The notes under the pieces: generated by a model | What the model was told of the DNA's origin: nothing | Seen by the model: the letters and a program-made list of their open reading frames with translations, nothing else | Database searches by the model: none | Shown: piece by piece, positions 62,141-64,000 of the stretch | How the letters are laid out: each line of letters starts with the position of its first letter | How positions within the stretch are numbered: the stretch's first letter is position 1 | DNA from: an uncultured delta proteobacterium | GTDB taxonomy: Bacteria > Desulfobacterota > Binatia > UBA9968 | Reading direction: 5' to 3' | DNA length: 64,000 nucleotides | Assembly (NCBI GenBank): GCA_963804165.1 | Contig: CAWDPO010000011.1 | Location: 134,578-198,577 of the forward strand | Program-made: the position numbers and the translations under genes

Positions 62141-64000
62141 CATGAGAAAAAAATCCCCGGCGGCTCAGGGGCGTAGTATATATAGGAGCATACTGAAGTT
62201 CAGAGCAAGAGCCGGGCTCTTATAATAGAAGTCAGACGTGAAGCGGAGCGGACGAGGAGAAAAGAGAGTGGGGATTGAACAAGGGAGATTGGCGGGGTGT
62301 GAAGCGGCGGTTTTGAGTGAAGCTGAAGGGGAAGGCAGGCCGAAGTCTGAAGCCAGGTTTAGCAAGCCGCGCAACGAAGTGATCGACCGCGAGCAGCTGT
62401 GTTGGCGGCGGGTGGATGTAGAGCGGCTGATCGGGGAAGAGCATGCGGCGCGAGCGATCTGGGAATTTGTTGGGCGGCTGGATATGAGCGGGTACCGAGA
62501 AGAGGTTCGAGCGGTAGAGGGCAAAGCGGGACGGCCCGGGTGGGAGCCGCGGTTACTGATCAGCCTGTGGGTGTATGCGTACAGTCAAGGAGTCGGATCA
62601 GCGCGAGCGATCGAAGAGTTATGTGAATGGGAGCCGGCCTACCAGTGGCTGACGGGATCAAGAGTGGTCAATGCCCATACGCTATCGGACTTTCGCGTCA
62701 AGCACGACAAGGCGCTCCAAGGATTGTTCGTCCAGATCCTGGGGCTGTTGAGTGCCGATGGACTGATCACGCTGGAACGGGTGATGCAGGACGGGACCAA
62801 GATTCGAGCGAAGGCGGCCCAGGATAGTTTTCGGAGAAAAGAGCGAGTCGAACAAGCGCTCAAAGAAGCCAAGGAGCAAGTCGCCGCGCTCCAAGCGCAG
62901 AGCGAAGAGGAAACCAGCCGGCGCATGGCCACGGCATGCCAGCGAGCGGCCCGCGAACGCCAGGAGCGGTTGGAGCAGGTGCTTAAGGAATTTGAGCAAC
63001 TGGAGAAAGAAGGCAAGGACAAAGAGCACAGACGAGTCAGCACGAGTGATCCTGAGGCGCGAGTGATGAAGCAACCTGACGGTGGCTTTGCGCCGAGCTA
63101 CAACGTGCAGATCGACACCGATGCGAAGAACTGTGTGGTGGTGGCGGTGGGAGTGGTGCAAGCGGGCAATGACTTCGAGCAATTGGAGCCTGGGATTGAC
63201 CGAGTGCAACGGAACCAAGGCGAGACCCCTAAAGAGGTGGTCACCGACGGAGGATTTGTCAGCCGAGATACGATCGTGGCGATGAAGCGGCAGGCCATAG
63301 AGTACATCGCCCCCTGTGTCGATGAGGCGGGCAAGGGACAGAGTTCCTATGACAGCCGCGGCGTGAGCGCCGAGTATCAAAGTTCCCAGTTTATCTACGA
63401 TGCCCAGAGCAATAGTGATCGCTGTCCGCAGGGAAAGATACTCTCGTACGAGGGCAAAGAAGAGCGCCACCTGCAGCTGAGCTAGCGGTATCGAGCGCAG
63501 AGATCGGACTGCGAGGGATGTCCGATGAAGAGCCAATGTTGTCCTGGGAATCGAGTGACGGGGCGATCGGTGCATCGCAGCGAAGAGTTGGCCGAAGTGG
63601 CTGAGTTTCGCCACAAGATGCAGAGCGAAAGAGCGCGCGAGATCTACAAAACCAGAGCGCAGGTGGCCGAGACGCCCAATCTGTGGATCAAGGCGAAGTT
63701 TGGGCTACGCCAGTTCAGCGTGCGCGGGTTAGTCAAGGTGGGGATGGAGGCGTTGTGGGCTTGTCTAACTTATAACATCCGCATCTGGATTCGTCTGTGC
63801 TGGAGACGAGCGGCCGCGGTGATGCAGCCTGCGTAGAGAAAGAGGAGAAAAAGGACGTGTAGCAGGGAAAATCGGCCAGTTTTAAGCCGCTCAACGGTTT
63901 GCATCAGAATAATTGCGGCGCAGGTAGATTTTTTCTAAAAAGAAAAAACACCGACGCTTAGGATCAATCCAGATTACGCCAAATCAATTTTTTCTCATGA
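62141..64000 (+). mobile_element. IS1182-family insertion sequence (right end at or just past the window edge)
   Basis: CATGAGAAAAAAAT at 62141 and ATTTTTTCTCATG at 63987-63999 are inverted repeats around a DDE transposase. Confidence 0.85.
62238..63836 (+). pseudogene. IS1182-family transposase with an in-frame TAG at 63483-63485
   Basis: GRPGWEPRLLISLWVYAY, HTLSDFR, QDGTKIRA, STSDPEARVMK, SYNVQ, TDGGF, CPQG. After the stop, in the same frame: CEGCPMKSQC and IYKTRAQVAETPN. Confidence 0.88.

Overview
A GC-rich bacterial chromosomal window. It is probably Candidatus Binatia/Binatota-like, which I infer from the many stand-alone solute-binding proteins (SBPs), amidohydrolases and TTGAACG-type intergenic repeats. 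Positions 1-53 kb hold metabolic, transport and stress genes: 7 SBPs, 4 MFS transporters, MATE, Rieske, LLM, ppk1, glgX, DUF2235, amidase, PRC-barrel, CsbD and ftsH. Clusters of single-base frameshifts at 6-11 kb and 26-33 kb look like sequencing indels. Positions 42.7-46.9 kb and especially 53.2-64 kb form a mosaic, with an IS5 element, an IS1182 element, the 3' half of a tRNA-Arg(CCG), a DUF4062-FGE/SUMF1 gene and many truncated gene pieces. The most unusual signal is non-coding. A 27-29 bp motif (GTGTCAGACTTGCCTAACTCTATTAACT) occurs four times in both orientations, and a wider set of GGGGTCAG/GGGGACA-type termini with short tandem duplications on their outer flank delimits mini-elements, a small-gene cassette and gene fragments. 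No cognate transposase or recombinase is in the window. All family calls come from motif recognition by eye, not database searches.
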